Below, piece by piece: positions 49,002 through 58,675 of a stretch of 64,000 nucleotides of DNA. The notes under the pieces were generated by a model, which saw nothing but the letters and a program-made list of their open reading frames with translations, searched no databases and was not told the DNA's origin. How positions within the stretch are numbered: the stretch's first letter is position 1; every line of letters starts with the position of its first letter. The stretch covers positions 348,515 through 412,514 of IMG/VR virus record IMGVR_UViG_3300011989_000257; one strand, written 5' to 3'. The stretch is from a virus. Taxonomy: Duplodnaviria > Caudoviricetes. The translations under genes were made by a program, and so were the position numbers.

Positions 49002-49727
49002 CTAACTTAGTAATTCTTCCATATTTTCATACATCATCATTGATGAACGAAGTTTTCTGATTGCTTTTAATTTAACTTGTCTAACTCTTTCAGAACTTAA
49101 ATCATATTTTTTTCCTATTTCATATAATGTAAGTTCCATCTTTCCGTTTATTCCATAATAATGCTCTATTATTTCTCTTTCCCTATTACCAAGGGAATTT
49201 AATAATTTGCCTATTACCTCCTTTTGGTCATTAAATAATTCCCTCTTGTGTTCATCTGCCTCATTTGAAAATCTCTTTTCACTAGGGTTATTAATCTTTT
49301 CATCTTCCTCATCTGAAACGTTTCTTTCTATAAATTTATCATTTGTGTCATTCTCACTAATGTCAACAAACGATATTGCATTCTTCTTTTTTATGGCCTC
49401 CAAAATTCCTTGTTTTATCCACCATACAGCATATGAAATAAATTTAACATCCTTTTCTTCATCAAATTTATCAACTGCTCGAATCAAACCCATGTTTCCT
49501 TCGGATATTAATTCTGACATAGAAAGTCCACGTCCACTGTAATGTTTAGCAATGTCGAAAACGAACTTAAGATTAGCCTCCAATAATTCGTTCTTAGCCC
49601 TTAAGTTGCCTTTCCTAGTAAGTTTTAATAATCTCTTTTCTTTTGCCTTTGTAAGAGGCTTATATTTCTTTAAATCATCGTAATATAATTGCGTGGTTCT
49701 ATTAAAATCGTTAACATATTGGTTCAT
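49002..49727 (-). CDS. RNA polymerase sigma70-family factor
   Basis: ANLKFVFDIAKHY, LISEGNMGLIRAVDKFD, KFISYAVWWIKQ, region 4 TLYEIG...SSERVRQ. Confidence 0.92.
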   Translation of the reverse strand: MNQYVNDFNRTTQLYYDDLKKYKPLTKAKEKRLLKLTRKGNLRAKNELLEANLKFVFDIAKHYSGRGLSMSELISEGNMGLIRAVDKFDEEKDVKFISYAVWWIKQGILEAIKKKNAISFVDISENDTNDKFIERNVSDEEDEKINNPSEKRFSNEADEHKRELFNDQKEVIGKLLNSLGNREREIIEHYYGINGKMELTLYEIGKKYDLSSERVRQVKLKAIRKLRSSMMMYENMEELLS

Positions 49728-49745
49728 ATTGATTGATTAAACACT

Positions 49746-52115
49746 TTATTTCAAAACTACCTTTGAAATATTATTTTCTTTCACTACTGAAACATGGCAA
49801 TCACACCAGTCATAAACTTCGCTAGAATGACTTATCAAAAACAATGCATCATATTGTTTTGATACCTTCTCCAAAAGACTCTTCATATTTTCATAGTTAT
49901 TCTTTGAGACTCTCCCAAATACCTCATCCAACGTACAAATCGAAGCCTTCGGAATTGTTGATAATTCTGACAATACTGCTCTCAATGCTATTCCACTAGC
50001 AGTAAGTTCAAATCCACTTCCACTGCTCAAATCTGAATAAATGCCATCTTTAATCAAATAGAACATTACGTCATTCTTCTGGTTTATTGCAACTTCAACG
50101 TCAAAATCACAAACATCACTTAACAATTTTGACAATTTTGCATTTATAATTGGTAATGTTTTCCTAAGTACCATTTTGGAAATACCGTCTTTGCCAACAA
50201 GTTCAAGATAAATCTTCCAGTTTCTAACAAGTTTTTCCTCCTCTTGTAATTTCTTAATTACCTCTCGTCTGTCCTCAATTTGCCTATTATAATTCTTTAT
50301 ATCAGTCTCATGCCTTGCAATGATAGTAGCATTTGTCTCCTTTGTATTTCGTTTATCTCGTATAAATACATCGTTATTGCGAATTTGAATATCTATTGAA
50401 TTATTTTTATCAATCGCCTCACTATTTTTATCATATTCTTTTTTTAATGTATTATACTCTTGGTATTCGTTTCTAAGTTTTTCTACATTAACTTCTAATG
50501 CAGCCTTCTTAACAGTTAAATTTGATTTTTTATTATATTTTTCCCTGTTTGTTTTAAGTTTTTCAATCTTTAAAGTAAGATTCTCTTTAAGTATCCCTTT
50601 TTCCTTGCCTTCTCTAGTAATTTTATCTAGTTCCTTCTTAAATTCATCTATTTTCTTAGAATTATCCACATTGTCAAGTTTTCTTCCGCAAGTAGGGCAA
50701 ACCTCACTTGATTTAAGATGCTGTATGTTATGCTCAATGTTCCTATACCTCTCTCTCATAACGGAAATTTCACTTGTGAGCTTTGTTAATTCAGCTTGCA
50801 AGGTATCATACTCTTCAATTGAAAAATCAACATTGCCTATTTCGTTGAGTTCTTTATCGATTTCTTTTATGTCCTCTTTTTTCTTCTTTCCATTGAAAAT
50901 GCTATCCTCAATCTTTTTCTTAAGCGTTGTTATATCTATCTTAAGTACTGAATCATCAACAGTGGATTTTGATGACAATAATGTCTCCTTGGTTTTCTCA
51001 AGCCCTTCGATTTCCTTGTCTAATGATTTGTTCTCATTAGTAAGTTTTTCTATTTCTTTGGCCAACGTTTTCTTCTGTATCTCAAACGAATCTACTTCTT
51101 GTAGCATTGTTTCTTCATTAAACCTATTGGAAAGAAGCATAGGCTTAACACTAGTATTGAATCTTTCCCTTGCCAATTTATCTTTTTCCTCAATTGGTAA
51201 TAATCCTATCCATCTTGACAAAAGTCTTCCCCTATCAGCCTCCTTTTTATTCACAAGGTCATCTAATGTAGATTCCGTAACAGACATTATTAAGTCAAAG
51301 TCACTTTCAATACCAATGGCCTCTTTGATTGCTTTATTGGTTTGTATACCATTCTCTTCTTGCTGATTCTCAATATCATATTCCTCAAGTTCTTGCATTG
51401 AATCACCAGCAACCTTATAGTATTCGACCCTTTGCGTTGTTTTGCTCTTATCGCTCCTCCTATCTAATGATGGTCTTGTCAACGTTCTTTTAATTATATA
51501 ATCAATACCATCAATAGTAATACATCCTTCCACTGTTACATTTGTTTCCTTCGGTAGATGTTTGTTGAATATCTTATCTTGAGTTGCTACTTTCTCAGTT
51601 TTACCAAATAATAGGAAATGTATTAGGTCAATCGAAAGAGTTGTTTTTCCAGATTGGTTCTCTCCGCTTAATGATGTAAGACCATGAATATTGGTAAAAT
51701 CAAAATAGTTATTAGAACCATAACTTAAGAAATTATTCCATTTAACCCATTTTATTGAATATCTTCTATACTTGTCATATACCTTGTAGTCAATACAACT
51801 GTTTATTTCAGCATCAATCTTCTTTATAAGTTCAAAATCATAATTATCAATTTTTTTATTTTTGATATATGATTCAAACAATTTCAGTTGGAACTGTGGG
51901 TCTTGAATGTTCTGTATTATATCAGTATTAAGAGACATTTTCTCACCATTCTCATCCACCATTAAGAACTCTGGAATAACTTTAATTCTTTCCTTTGGAA
52001 GATTGTATTTCTTACTGAATTTAGCAATAACAGATTTTTCCTTATCCTTACTGTAGTCATATGGTGATACATTCCAATGTATATTTATCTTTGACTTCTC
52101 TTTAACTTCAATCAT
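49746..52115 (-). CDS. SbcC/Rad50-like recombination ATPase (T4 gp46-like)
   Basis: NFLSYG, Walker A GENQSGKT, coiled coil with CPTC hook, SGFE signature, LDE, LISH. Confidence 0.9.
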   Translation of the reverse strand: MIEVKEKSKINIHWNVSPYDYSKDKEKSVIAKFSKKYNLPKERIKVIPEFLMVDENGEKMSLNTDIIQNIQDPQFQLKLFESYIKNKKIDNYDFELIKKIDAEINSCIDYKVYDKYRRYSIKWVKWNNFLSYGSNNYFDFTNIHGLTSLSGENQSGKTTLSIDLIHFLLFGKTEKVATQDKIFNKHLPKETNVTVEGCITIDGIDYIIKRTLTRPSLDRRSDKSKTTQRVEYYKVAGDSMQELEEYDIENQQEENGIQTNKAIKEAIGIESDFDLIMSVTESTLDDLVNKKEADRGRLLSRWIGLLPIEEKDKLARERFNTSVKPMLLSNRFNEETMLQEVDSFEIQKKTLAKEIEKLTNENKSLDKEIEGLEKTKETLLSSKSTVDDSVLKIDITTLKKKIEDSIFNGKKKKEDIKEIDKELNEIGNVDFSIEEYDTLQAELTKLTSEISVMRERYRNIEHNIQHLKSSEVCPTCGRKLDNVDNSKKIDEFKKELDKITREGKEKGILKENLTLKIEKLKTNREKYNKKSNLTVKKAALEVNVEKLRNEYQEYNTLKKEYDKNSEAIDKNNSIDIQIRNNDVFIRDKRNTKETNATIIARHETDIKNYNRQIEDRREVIKKLQEEEKLVRNWKIYLELVGKDGISKMVLRKTLPIINAKLSKLLSDVCDFDVEVAINQKNDVMFYLIKDGIYSDLSSGSGFELTASGIALRAVLSELSTIPKASICTLDEVFGRVSKNNYENMKSLLEKVSKQYDALFLISHSSEVYDWCDCHVSVVKENNISKVVLK

Positions 52116-52459
52116 TTTTTCTTAATTATTTGAATTTTTCTAACAGTTATACCTTCTTTTCTTTCTTCAGTTGGTTTGATTTCTTCTTTTTCTTTTGTGG
52201 CTGGTTTTCCTTCTTCAATTGAGGGTTCTTTTTCCATTGGTTTAACGTTATTTTCTTTTCTACCATTGGTTTTCTTAATGTCTTTTATTCCCTTATTTTC
52301 CCTTTCAGCATTATCTTTTGGTGAAGTACCAAACTTGACAATGCTGAATCCTTGAGATAAGCAACGATTTGCAAATGCATTGATATCATCTATCTCGTTC
52401 AACTCACAATATTGACGAATTTGCTTCTCAAGTGTCTGGTTCACATACAATCTGCTCAT
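52112..52459 (-). CDS. Hypothetical protein
   Basis: 115 aa; promoter 4 nt upstream. Confidence 0.7.
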   Translation of the reverse strand: MSRLYVNQTLEKQIRQYCELNEIDDINAFANRCLSQGFSIVKFGTSPKDNAERENKGIKDIKKTNGRKENNVKPMEKEPSIEEGKPATKEKEEIKPTEERKEGITVRKIQIIKKK

Positions 52460-52463
52460 ACTG

Positions 52464-52495
52464 CAAAGATATATAAATTTTTTTTAATTAACAAA
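52464..52495 (-). promoter_or_regulatory. sigmaA-type promoter (leaderless)
   Basis: TTTG-N20-TATCTTTG-CAGT-ATG. Confidence 0.8.
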
Positions 52496-52601
52496 TTTTA
52501 ATAAATATTTTTTTAATTTTTTTTAATATTATATTATTTTATTTATTTAATATATTAATATAATATTATATTTTTTATTTAAAAATATTTTATTATATTA
52601 T
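52493..52601. other. 109-nt tract with no G or C
   Basis: Directly visible; lies between divergent genes. Confidence 0.9.
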
Positions 52602-53391
52602 GAACAAAGAGGGAAAAGAAGTATATTTGTCTTTAGATGTTTCAACTGCTTGTATTGGTATAAGCATTGTCATAGATGATGGTTCTGATTATGGTAAGAT
52701 TGTGGAATTAACTCACATCAGCCCAAAGGTATCGAGTAAAATTAAAGGTATAGAACAATTATTCTTAAAGAAAAAAATATTTGAAGAATTCCTTATCAAA
52801 TATAGAGACTTCGGAATTGACTATGTTGTTATTGAAGAGCCACTTCTAAGAAGCAACAATGTTAATACTGTATCGACATTGTTGCGATTCAATGGCATGG
52901 TTTCAGATTGTGTGTACAATATATTGGGAATTGTACCAAATTATATCTCATCATATGAGGCGAGAGAATATGCATTTCCAGAACTAATGGCTATAAGAAA
53001 ATATGGGAAGGATGAGAAACAATATACCTACAATAAGATTATGAAGGAAATAAAGGACTGTAAATTAGTTCTATTTGGTAGCTATCCTTGGACTATTGAC
53101 AAGAAAACTGTTCTTCAAGGGAAGGTTGCTGATATATTTCCAGAAATTGAATGGTTATATAATAAAAACGGTGAACTTAAAAAAGAGAACTTTGATGCTT
53201 GCGACTCATATGTAGCATTTCTAGGGTTTTTAAACAAAAAACGATACGGAGAACTTGATTTCAAGGTTCAAGAAATTGGAGCGCAAAATGACCCAGATAC
53301 AGCAATAGCTGTTAAGTATGACATATTATATTGGAATAAAGTAGAACATAGAACTACTTATATAGAACATGAAAAAAGCGAGGAAAAGTAG
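52600..53391 (+). CDS. RuvC-like Holliday junction resolvase
   Basis: LSLDVSTACIG, VVIEEP, FDACDS acidic motifs. Confidence 0.75.
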   Translation: MNKEGKEVYLSLDVSTACIGISIVIDDGSDYGKIVELTHISPKVSSKIKGIEQLFLKKKIFEEFLIKYRDFGIDYVVIEEPLLRSNNVNTVSTLLRFNGMVSDCVYNILGIVPNYISSYEAREYAFPELMAIRKYGKDEKQYTYNKIMKEIKDCKLVLFGSYPWTIDKKTVLQGKVADIFPEIEWLYNKNGELKKENFDACDSYVAFLGFLNKKRYGELDFKVQEIGAQNDPDTAIAVKYDILYWNKVEHRTTYIEHEKSEEK

Positions 53392-53404
53392 TATTCCTCG
53401 CTTT
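53374..53404. terminator. Bidirectional terminator
   Basis: aaagcgagga...tcctcgcttt. Confidence 0.7.
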
Positions 53405-53412
53405 AATTCTTT

Positions 53413-53742
53413 TTACCAAAACTTTAGTTTATTAACCATTTCATTGACCTCATTATTCTTAAGTTCTTCCATTAATTCACCAATAAATGATACAGTATTT
53501 TCCCAATCATAATCAACTTCATCATTTATTATCTTCTCATGAAATGATTTCATTTCATCTTTATCATTTGCTATTTGCGAAAATTCGTCTTGAACTTGAA
53601 AAGAATAATTCGTTATTCTGCCTATTTCAATAAGATGCTTATATAACTTATAAGCAGAATTAAAAGAAAGTTCAAACTTGTGTTTCACATTTATTTCCAA
53701 GAGAATCCTCTCAAGTGTCATTAAATTTTTAATTGTAATCAT
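53413..53742 (-). CDS. Hypothetical protein
   Basis: 109 aa. Confidence 0.65.
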   Translation of the reverse strand: MITIKNLMTLERILLEINVKHKFELSFNSAYKLYKHLIEIGRITNYSFQVQDEFSQIANDKDEMKSFHEKIINDEVDYDWENTVSFIGELMEELKNNEVNEMVNKLKFW

Positions 53743-53779
53743 TTTTTTTATTAAAGAATAAAAATATAGGATTAAGATA

Positions 53780-55312
53780 TCAATAGATTCTCACATCATA
53801 ACTATGTATAATTCTCCTATTGTTTAGGATTTTACTAAGTTTCTCCCTTGCAGCCGAAAGTCTATCGTTCCTTGGAGTGTTTTTCGGTAGTACTAGTGGC
53901 TTGCTAGAAGTTCTTTGAACCTTTGATATGTGTCTTATCCTTTTATGATTCATATACCATTTGAACCAACTAGAATTACATATCCCCTTGTCAAGATACT
54001 TTACTTTTATATCTTGGTTCTTCCAGCAACAATAATTGAATGATAATTGGTCTCTATGAGAACCATTCATAACCTCATTGCTCCAAGCCTCCATAAGCCT
54101 TATACAATCCTTATTGTTATGTTTCCTTATCAATATATTACTTTGCAACAAGCCATAACCTTTCGGAAACCCTTCTTTTTTATATCTTTCAATCTGTGGG
54201 TTAACGTTCTCAGCAGTGTCTTTTTTCATACTGATAACTGGTCTAACTTCATCATATATACACCCTCTTTGCGGGTGTTTTGGAACATATATTGAACAAT
54301 CATCAACTAGTATTTTCTTAATAAGTTCAGACATATTGCCTTTCACATCAACATTACCATCAACCCATATTGATATTTCGTACTCAGACAGTAATTTATG
54401 TGGATTAATCTTAACATATCTCTGTTTTTTAATCTGAGTAAGCCCTTCTGTTTCATTTGGTAACGGCTTTATGTCCCATATCTCACTCTTCAAATCCATG
54501 TTATCAGTAAAACATATATAATCGAAATTCTCATCTATGTATGAAGGCTCTATGAGTTGGTCATACCCACCAGTTATGCAAGTATATACAACGTTTTTAT
54601 TTCTCTCTGATGACCATAGCCTTTTATGCACCCTTAACCATTCGTCAATAGTCGTACTATGCCTTTTAAGCGTTGTATCCATCCAAGATGCATTGTTGTA
54701 ATGCACTATATAATCAGAGACTTTTATCTGTTCAGATTTTAAACCCTCCGAATCCTTACATAGAACAGCACCAGTATCATACATGTCTCCAGAAGGAGTC
54801 TTCCTTAAACCATGCATATAATTGTCATCGAAATAATGTATTCCGTATTTCTTGCACATCTCTGTGTTTATGAAACATATGAATGGAAGTATTCGATTTA
54901 TCTTAGATGTAGGCTGATTCTGAAGTTCTCCTACGTATACACAATCTTCTTGGAACATATCAGAGCAATCCCTTTTCAATAATATGTCTGAATCCATTAG
55001 CATGAAAGGCTCATTTAATATCTCCATACATTTCTCAACACTGATGCAATGTTTTGCACTACCCCAATAATTTCTTTTACCACCAGAACTCATTCTATTT
55101 GGATAGTTCTTCAACCATTCATCGAAGTTAATAATCTGGCCCTTTGTGTTATCTATGATAGACACATTATCGAACTTTGCAACAAATGGTGATTTATCAC
55201 TGTTATCGAATATATAAATAACAGCATCCTTAACAAACAAATTAATACTCCTTACCAAACACTCAGTAAGGTAGGGAGTATTATAATGTATTATAACAAT
55301 ATTTTTTTTCAT
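53780..55312 (-). CDS. Two-domain glycosyltransferase (GT-A/GT2-like plus DUF616/TOD1-MUCI70-like)
   Basis: Domain 1 IIHYNT...FDNS...MDSD; domain 2 VYTCITGGYD, CFTD, KINPH, SIWVDG, HPQRGCIYDE, RDQLSFNY. Confidence 0.8.
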   Translation of the reverse strand: MKKNIVIIHYNTPYLTECLVRSINLFVKDAVIYIFDNSDKSPFVAKFDNVSIIDNTKGQIINFDEWLKNYPNRMSSGGKRNYWGSAKHCISVEKCMEILNEPFMLMDSDILLKRDCSDMFQEDCVYVGELQNQPTSKINRILPFICFINTEMCKKYGIHYFDDNYMHGLRKTPSGDMYDTGAVLCKDSEGLKSEQIKVSDYIVHYNNASWMDTTLKRHSTTIDEWLRVHKRLWSSERNKNVVYTCITGGYDQLIEPSYIDENFDYICFTDNMDLKSEIWDIKPLPNETEGLTQIKKQRYVKINPHKLLSEYEISIWVDGNVDVKGNMSELIKKILVDDCSIYVPKHPQRGCIYDEVRPVISMKKDTAENVNPQIERYKKEGFPKGYGLLQSNILIRKHNNKDCIRLMEAWSNEVMNGSHRDQLSFNYCCWKNQDIKVKYLDKGICNSSWFKWYMNHKRIRHISKVQRTSSKPLVLPKNTPRNDRLSAAREKLSKILNNRRIIHSYDVRIY

Positions 55313-55314
55313 GT

Positions 55315-55785
55315 TTAACTATTTGCCCAATTATTATTGTCATCTGGGTCAATTCCTTGACGAAGAAGGTATTTGCCAGTTACAATTTTATAATCCCTTG
55401 GATTGAAACCATAATCAGCCATATCAACATCAAAATAGTCCTTCTTAAATTGTCTAAGTTCGCTTGGGTCATATTCACTGTAATCCCAACCATTTACTAT
55501 TTTATTAGTTGCTTTATTAACAGCAAAATGAGAATATCCTTGATTGTTTTTAAAAGATTCACCCTCTTCTTGAGCTTTAGGCATATTCTTATTCATAATT
55601 CTCATTTCGTCTCTATCCTCAACTGGGTCGTATTGTTGCGAAGGCGGTAATTCCCAAGCCTCCTTAATGGTTTTCTTTGACTTTTTATTCTCATATCTGC
55701 CCATTTCTTTTAACACGCCCTTTGCTGATTCCATAATCATTTTATGCAAATCATCCTCAGTCAATCTTACAATTTCCTTTTCCAT
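55315..55785 (-). CDS. LTE-leader family protein
   Basis: MEKEIVRLTEDDLH...VLKE leader; start at 55785. Confidence 0.75.
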   Translation of the reverse strand: MEKEIVRLTEDDLHKMIMESAKGVLKEMGRYENKKSKKTIKEAWELPPSQQYDPVEDRDEMRIMNKNMPKAQEEGESFKNNQGYSHFAVNKATNKIVNGWDYSEYDPSELRQFKKDYFDVDMADYGFNPRDYKIVTGKYLLRQGIDPDDNNNWANS

Positions 55786-55789
55786 ACTT

Positions 55790-56059
55790 TTACCAATTTT
55801 TAAGCCATTCAGCCTTTTGTAAGCTTTCATTCATTTCGCCATTATCTGTTCTATATTTCTCAGCAGCCTCAGTGGAATCTGCGCCATCTATAGCCTCTTG
55901 AGAGTTATAATCCTTATCACCAAACACACTACTAACCTTTGTGATGTCGTAGTATGCCCCTACTGCATAATGACCATTAGCACCGAATACAACTGAATCT
56001 TCATCAAGATGCATTGCCATAGCCTTTAAAATATCACTGTCTTTAATTTTCTTTGCCAT
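55790..56059 (-). CDS. Hypothetical protein
   Basis: 89 aa; ATATTTAT at 56078-56085. Confidence 0.7.
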   Translation of the reverse strand: MAKKIKDSDILKAMAMHLDEDSVVFGANGHYAVGAYYDITKVSSVFGDKDYNSQEAIDGADSTEAAEKYRTDNGEMNESLQKAEWLKNW

Positions 56060-56098
56060 AATCGTAATATATTTACTATAAATATTGTTATGAACAAA

Positions 56099-56124
56099 AA
56101 AATGCAGCCATCTCTGACTGCATT
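56099..56124 (-). terminator. Intrinsic terminator
   Basis: aaatgcag...ctgcattt with a T tract on the minus strand. Confidence 0.7.
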
Positions 56125-56128
56125 TGAC

Positions 56129-58564
56129 TTATTTTAGAAAGCCTAATTCATATACCATTGGTCTCATCTTATCAGCCAACTTCTTATAGAGTTCATTAAA
56201 CTCCTTTAGTGCTTCTGGCATATACTCCTTTAGCATAACCTTAATCTGATACCAACCGCAATCCCAATTCATTATCTGATACTCTTGGTGTTCTTCATCG
56301 AACATTTCTCTATACTTGAATGATGCCTTTGTCAGTTCGATAGCCTTATCCAACACTGCCTTTGCTTCTTCTGATAACTCAATGCCTTGCAATTTGGTAT
56401 ATACATAACGCTCATTTGATACGTTTGCATCGTTAAATGTGAAATCAAAACCATAGTCATTTGCCAACTGCATAATGTCAGCCTTTGACATAAAGAAAAA
56501 CTCATTCTTAATGTCCCATAACTTATCCTTATACTCAACTTGACGGAGCGAAGATTGGTTACTCTTACTCTCAAAGAGTGAATAGACAATGCTATCGTTT
56601 ACAAATTCTTGATACTTCTCATGCCCCTCATTTGGTGCAAGATATTCATCTGCCCAATTAATCCAATTTCCATCTACTAATCTTCTTGCGCTAAATAACG
56701 CAGTACAACGAGTGAAATTATCTTCGTTAACCCCAAATCCGTTGGCAGCACCGAAAGCGGAAGAGAACATACCAACATTTTGCCCATTCTTATTCACATT
56801 ATTTGAATTGCAATAAAAATAACCTAATGCATTATCAAAAAGCATTCCTCTTGTTTTGTCATCATTCTTTACTTGAATGCCACTTGTGACATTGACAACA
56901 TCTTTTGTGGGTAGTTTTTTAACTGGGTTTATAGCCCAATCTCTACCGCTTTCTAAACCATCAATGTTATAGATGATTTTGCTGCCAACGTTGACAATAT
57001 CTCCGTTGCTTTCATTAATAAGAATGTGTTCAAAATCATTGGTGATTTTACTGCCCACGGATTTGGGGTTCCAGATTGAAAATGCGATACCCCAATTTGA
57101 TGCAACATTAGCAAAATGTCCAGCGTTGAACGTACATCCTTTACTAAATTCAAATTCATTTAACCATACATTTCTGAACCCATTCCAACTTCCACCGCTA
57201 AGATAAAGTGTTGGGCTAAACAATGCAATATGCACATTGGTAAGATTATATTCTTTTTTGATAAGTAAAATTCTATAAAGGAATTGAGCGTATAAATTTT
57301 GGGCTGATTTTCCAATTTTATCCTTAATCATTTGCTCGTTTATCATTGTCTTTGCCACACCTTCTTTGCTTGTTTCCCCAAAATTATTTGCGGTTGCATA
57401 CGGAGGATTTAAGAAAAAGATAATTGGTTTATTCTCTTCCAATGCTGATTTAAGTCCTTGTGGCAGTTTATCAAGTGAATCGTTAAGGAAATCGAATTGG
57501 AATGATACCCCCTCTCTATTGTATCTGTCACTGATTGCCAATTCAGCATTTTCCAAAGTGCTGCAATACAACTCTTTGAAATAGTAATCTCTTGTAAGGT
57601 TTTTTGTACCACTACAATTATCCCATACGACATACTTTTCTTTCCAATCCTCTCCGAATTGTTCTGCAATCATCTTATGTGCATAGTCCACAAAAAGAGT
57701 TGGTGTATAGAACTCACCCTTATTACGTCTGTTTGTGTCCTCAATAAGTCTGTCGCTAATCTCAGCGAACTTATTTTTCTCTTGTGGTGTATAGTTACGA
57801 TTAAAATAAGAGAAGAATGACTGGAAACCATCACCCTTGATTGCAATTTGCTTTCCACCCTTGCATACAAGCACATTTTTCTTTGTGGGATGCTGATAGT
57901 ATTCATCTGCATCAGTGATAACACCCATAAAGATAGCCACAAGGTCATTTGGCTGAATCTTCTTTGCATCCTTGACAACCTTTTTGCAGAAATAGTCAAA
58001 GATATTTGAAATATTGTGCTCTGTCACACGTACATAACGCTGAACATTATCTGCAAGTGACTTGATTTTCTCGGCAACTTCTTTGAATGAGAAATTCTCG
58101 TCAATCTCAAAAATATATGGATTAATCTTTTCATCCTCTGCAATCTTCATTACAAGGTCGATGCAGTTTCCAGCAGATGATGGGGCAAGAGACCAGTCCA
58201 CATTTTCATCCAAATATGGAAGAATATCGTTTATATGGAAACAGAAACACTCGTCAATATCGCCAATAAGACAAACATTAGGCAAAATCAATCCATCATT
58301 CTCGAATCTTTTAAGATAGAAAAGAACTTGGGCAATAACCTTTGCACGATTAACCTTTGATGTCATTGTTTCATTTAACTTATACTCGATGATAAGTTTT
58401 AACATCTTACCATTCTCAGTAGTTGTTTCGATGAGGCCATCACAAGCGAATGGATGCTTTATATCCTCAGTGAAATAAAGGGAGATACCTTTATTATATA
58501 CATCCTCAACTTCTCTCTCAATTACCGCAGTTTTAATCTGATTGTAAAATTTACTTATTGCCAT
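56129..58564 (-). CDS. Fused PD-(D/E)XK nuclease and N6-adenine methyltransferase (type IIG-like R-M)
   Basis: E...CDG...IIEYK...Q..FY nuclease motifs; GEFYTP, WDNCSGTKNL, FDFL, NPPY MTase motifs; start MAISK at 58564. Confidence 0.75.
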   Translation of the reverse strand: MAISKFYNQIKTAVIEREVEDVYNKGISLYFTEDIKHPFACDGLIETTTENGKMLKLIIEYKLNETMTSKVNRAKVIAQVLFYLKRFENDGLILPNVCLIGDIDECFCFHINDILPYLDENVDWSLAPSSAGNCIDLVMKIAEDEKINPYIFEIDENFSFKEVAEKIKSLADNVQRYVRVTEHNISNIFDYFCKKVVKDAKKIQPNDLVAIFMGVITDADEYYQHPTKKNVLVCKGGKQIAIKGDGFQSFFSYFNRNYTPQEKNKFAEISDRLIEDTNRRNKGEFYTPTLFVDYAHKMIAEQFGEDWKEKYVVWDNCSGTKNLTRDYYFKELYCSTLENAELAISDRYNREGVSFQFDFLNDSLDKLPQGLKSALEENKPIIFFLNPPYATANNFGETSKEGVAKTMINEQMIKDKIGKSAQNLYAQFLYRILLIKKEYNLTNVHIALFSPTLYLSGGSWNGFRNVWLNEFEFSKGCTFNAGHFANVASNWGIAFSIWNPKSVGSKITNDFEHILINESNGDIVNVGSKIIYNIDGLESGRDWAINPVKKLPTKDVVNVTSGIQVKNDDKTRGMLFDNALGYFYCNSNNVNKNGQNVGMFSSAFGAANGFGVNEDNFTRCTALFSARRLVDGNWINWADEYLAPNEGHEKYQEFVNDSIVYSLFESKSNQSSLRQVEYKDKLWDIKNEFFFMSKADIMQLANDYGFDFTFNDANVSNERYVYTKLQGIELSEEAKAVLDKAIELTKASFKYREMFDEEHQEYQIMNWDCGWYQIKVMLKEYMPEALKEFNELYKKLADKMRPMVYELGFLK

Positions 58565-58586
58565 AGAAAAATATTTTTTGTTGGTG

Positions 58587-58656
58587 CAAATGTACGAAAT
58601 ATTTTTGAAATAGCCAAACAAAAATTTGTTTTTTTCAAATATTTAACATATCTTTG
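58587..58656. promoter_or_regulatory. Back-to-back divergent sigmaA-type promoters
   Basis: Minus 58587-58618 TTTG-N20-TACATTTG; plus 58625-58656 TTTG-N20-TATCTTTG. Confidence 0.8.
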
Positions 58657-58675
58657 CAAATAAAAAAAGAATAAC

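Noticed and set aside
50605-51366. 253-aa plus-strand ORF
   Set aside because: Antisense to the SbcC coiled coil; its S/F/L-rich composition reflects K/E codons on the other strand.
52600-53391. RuvC-fold protein as a Cas12/TnpB-type effector
   Set aside because: Only 263 aa, RuvC-I motif at the extreme N-terminus, no Zn ribbon, no array or transposon ends; a resolvase fits better.
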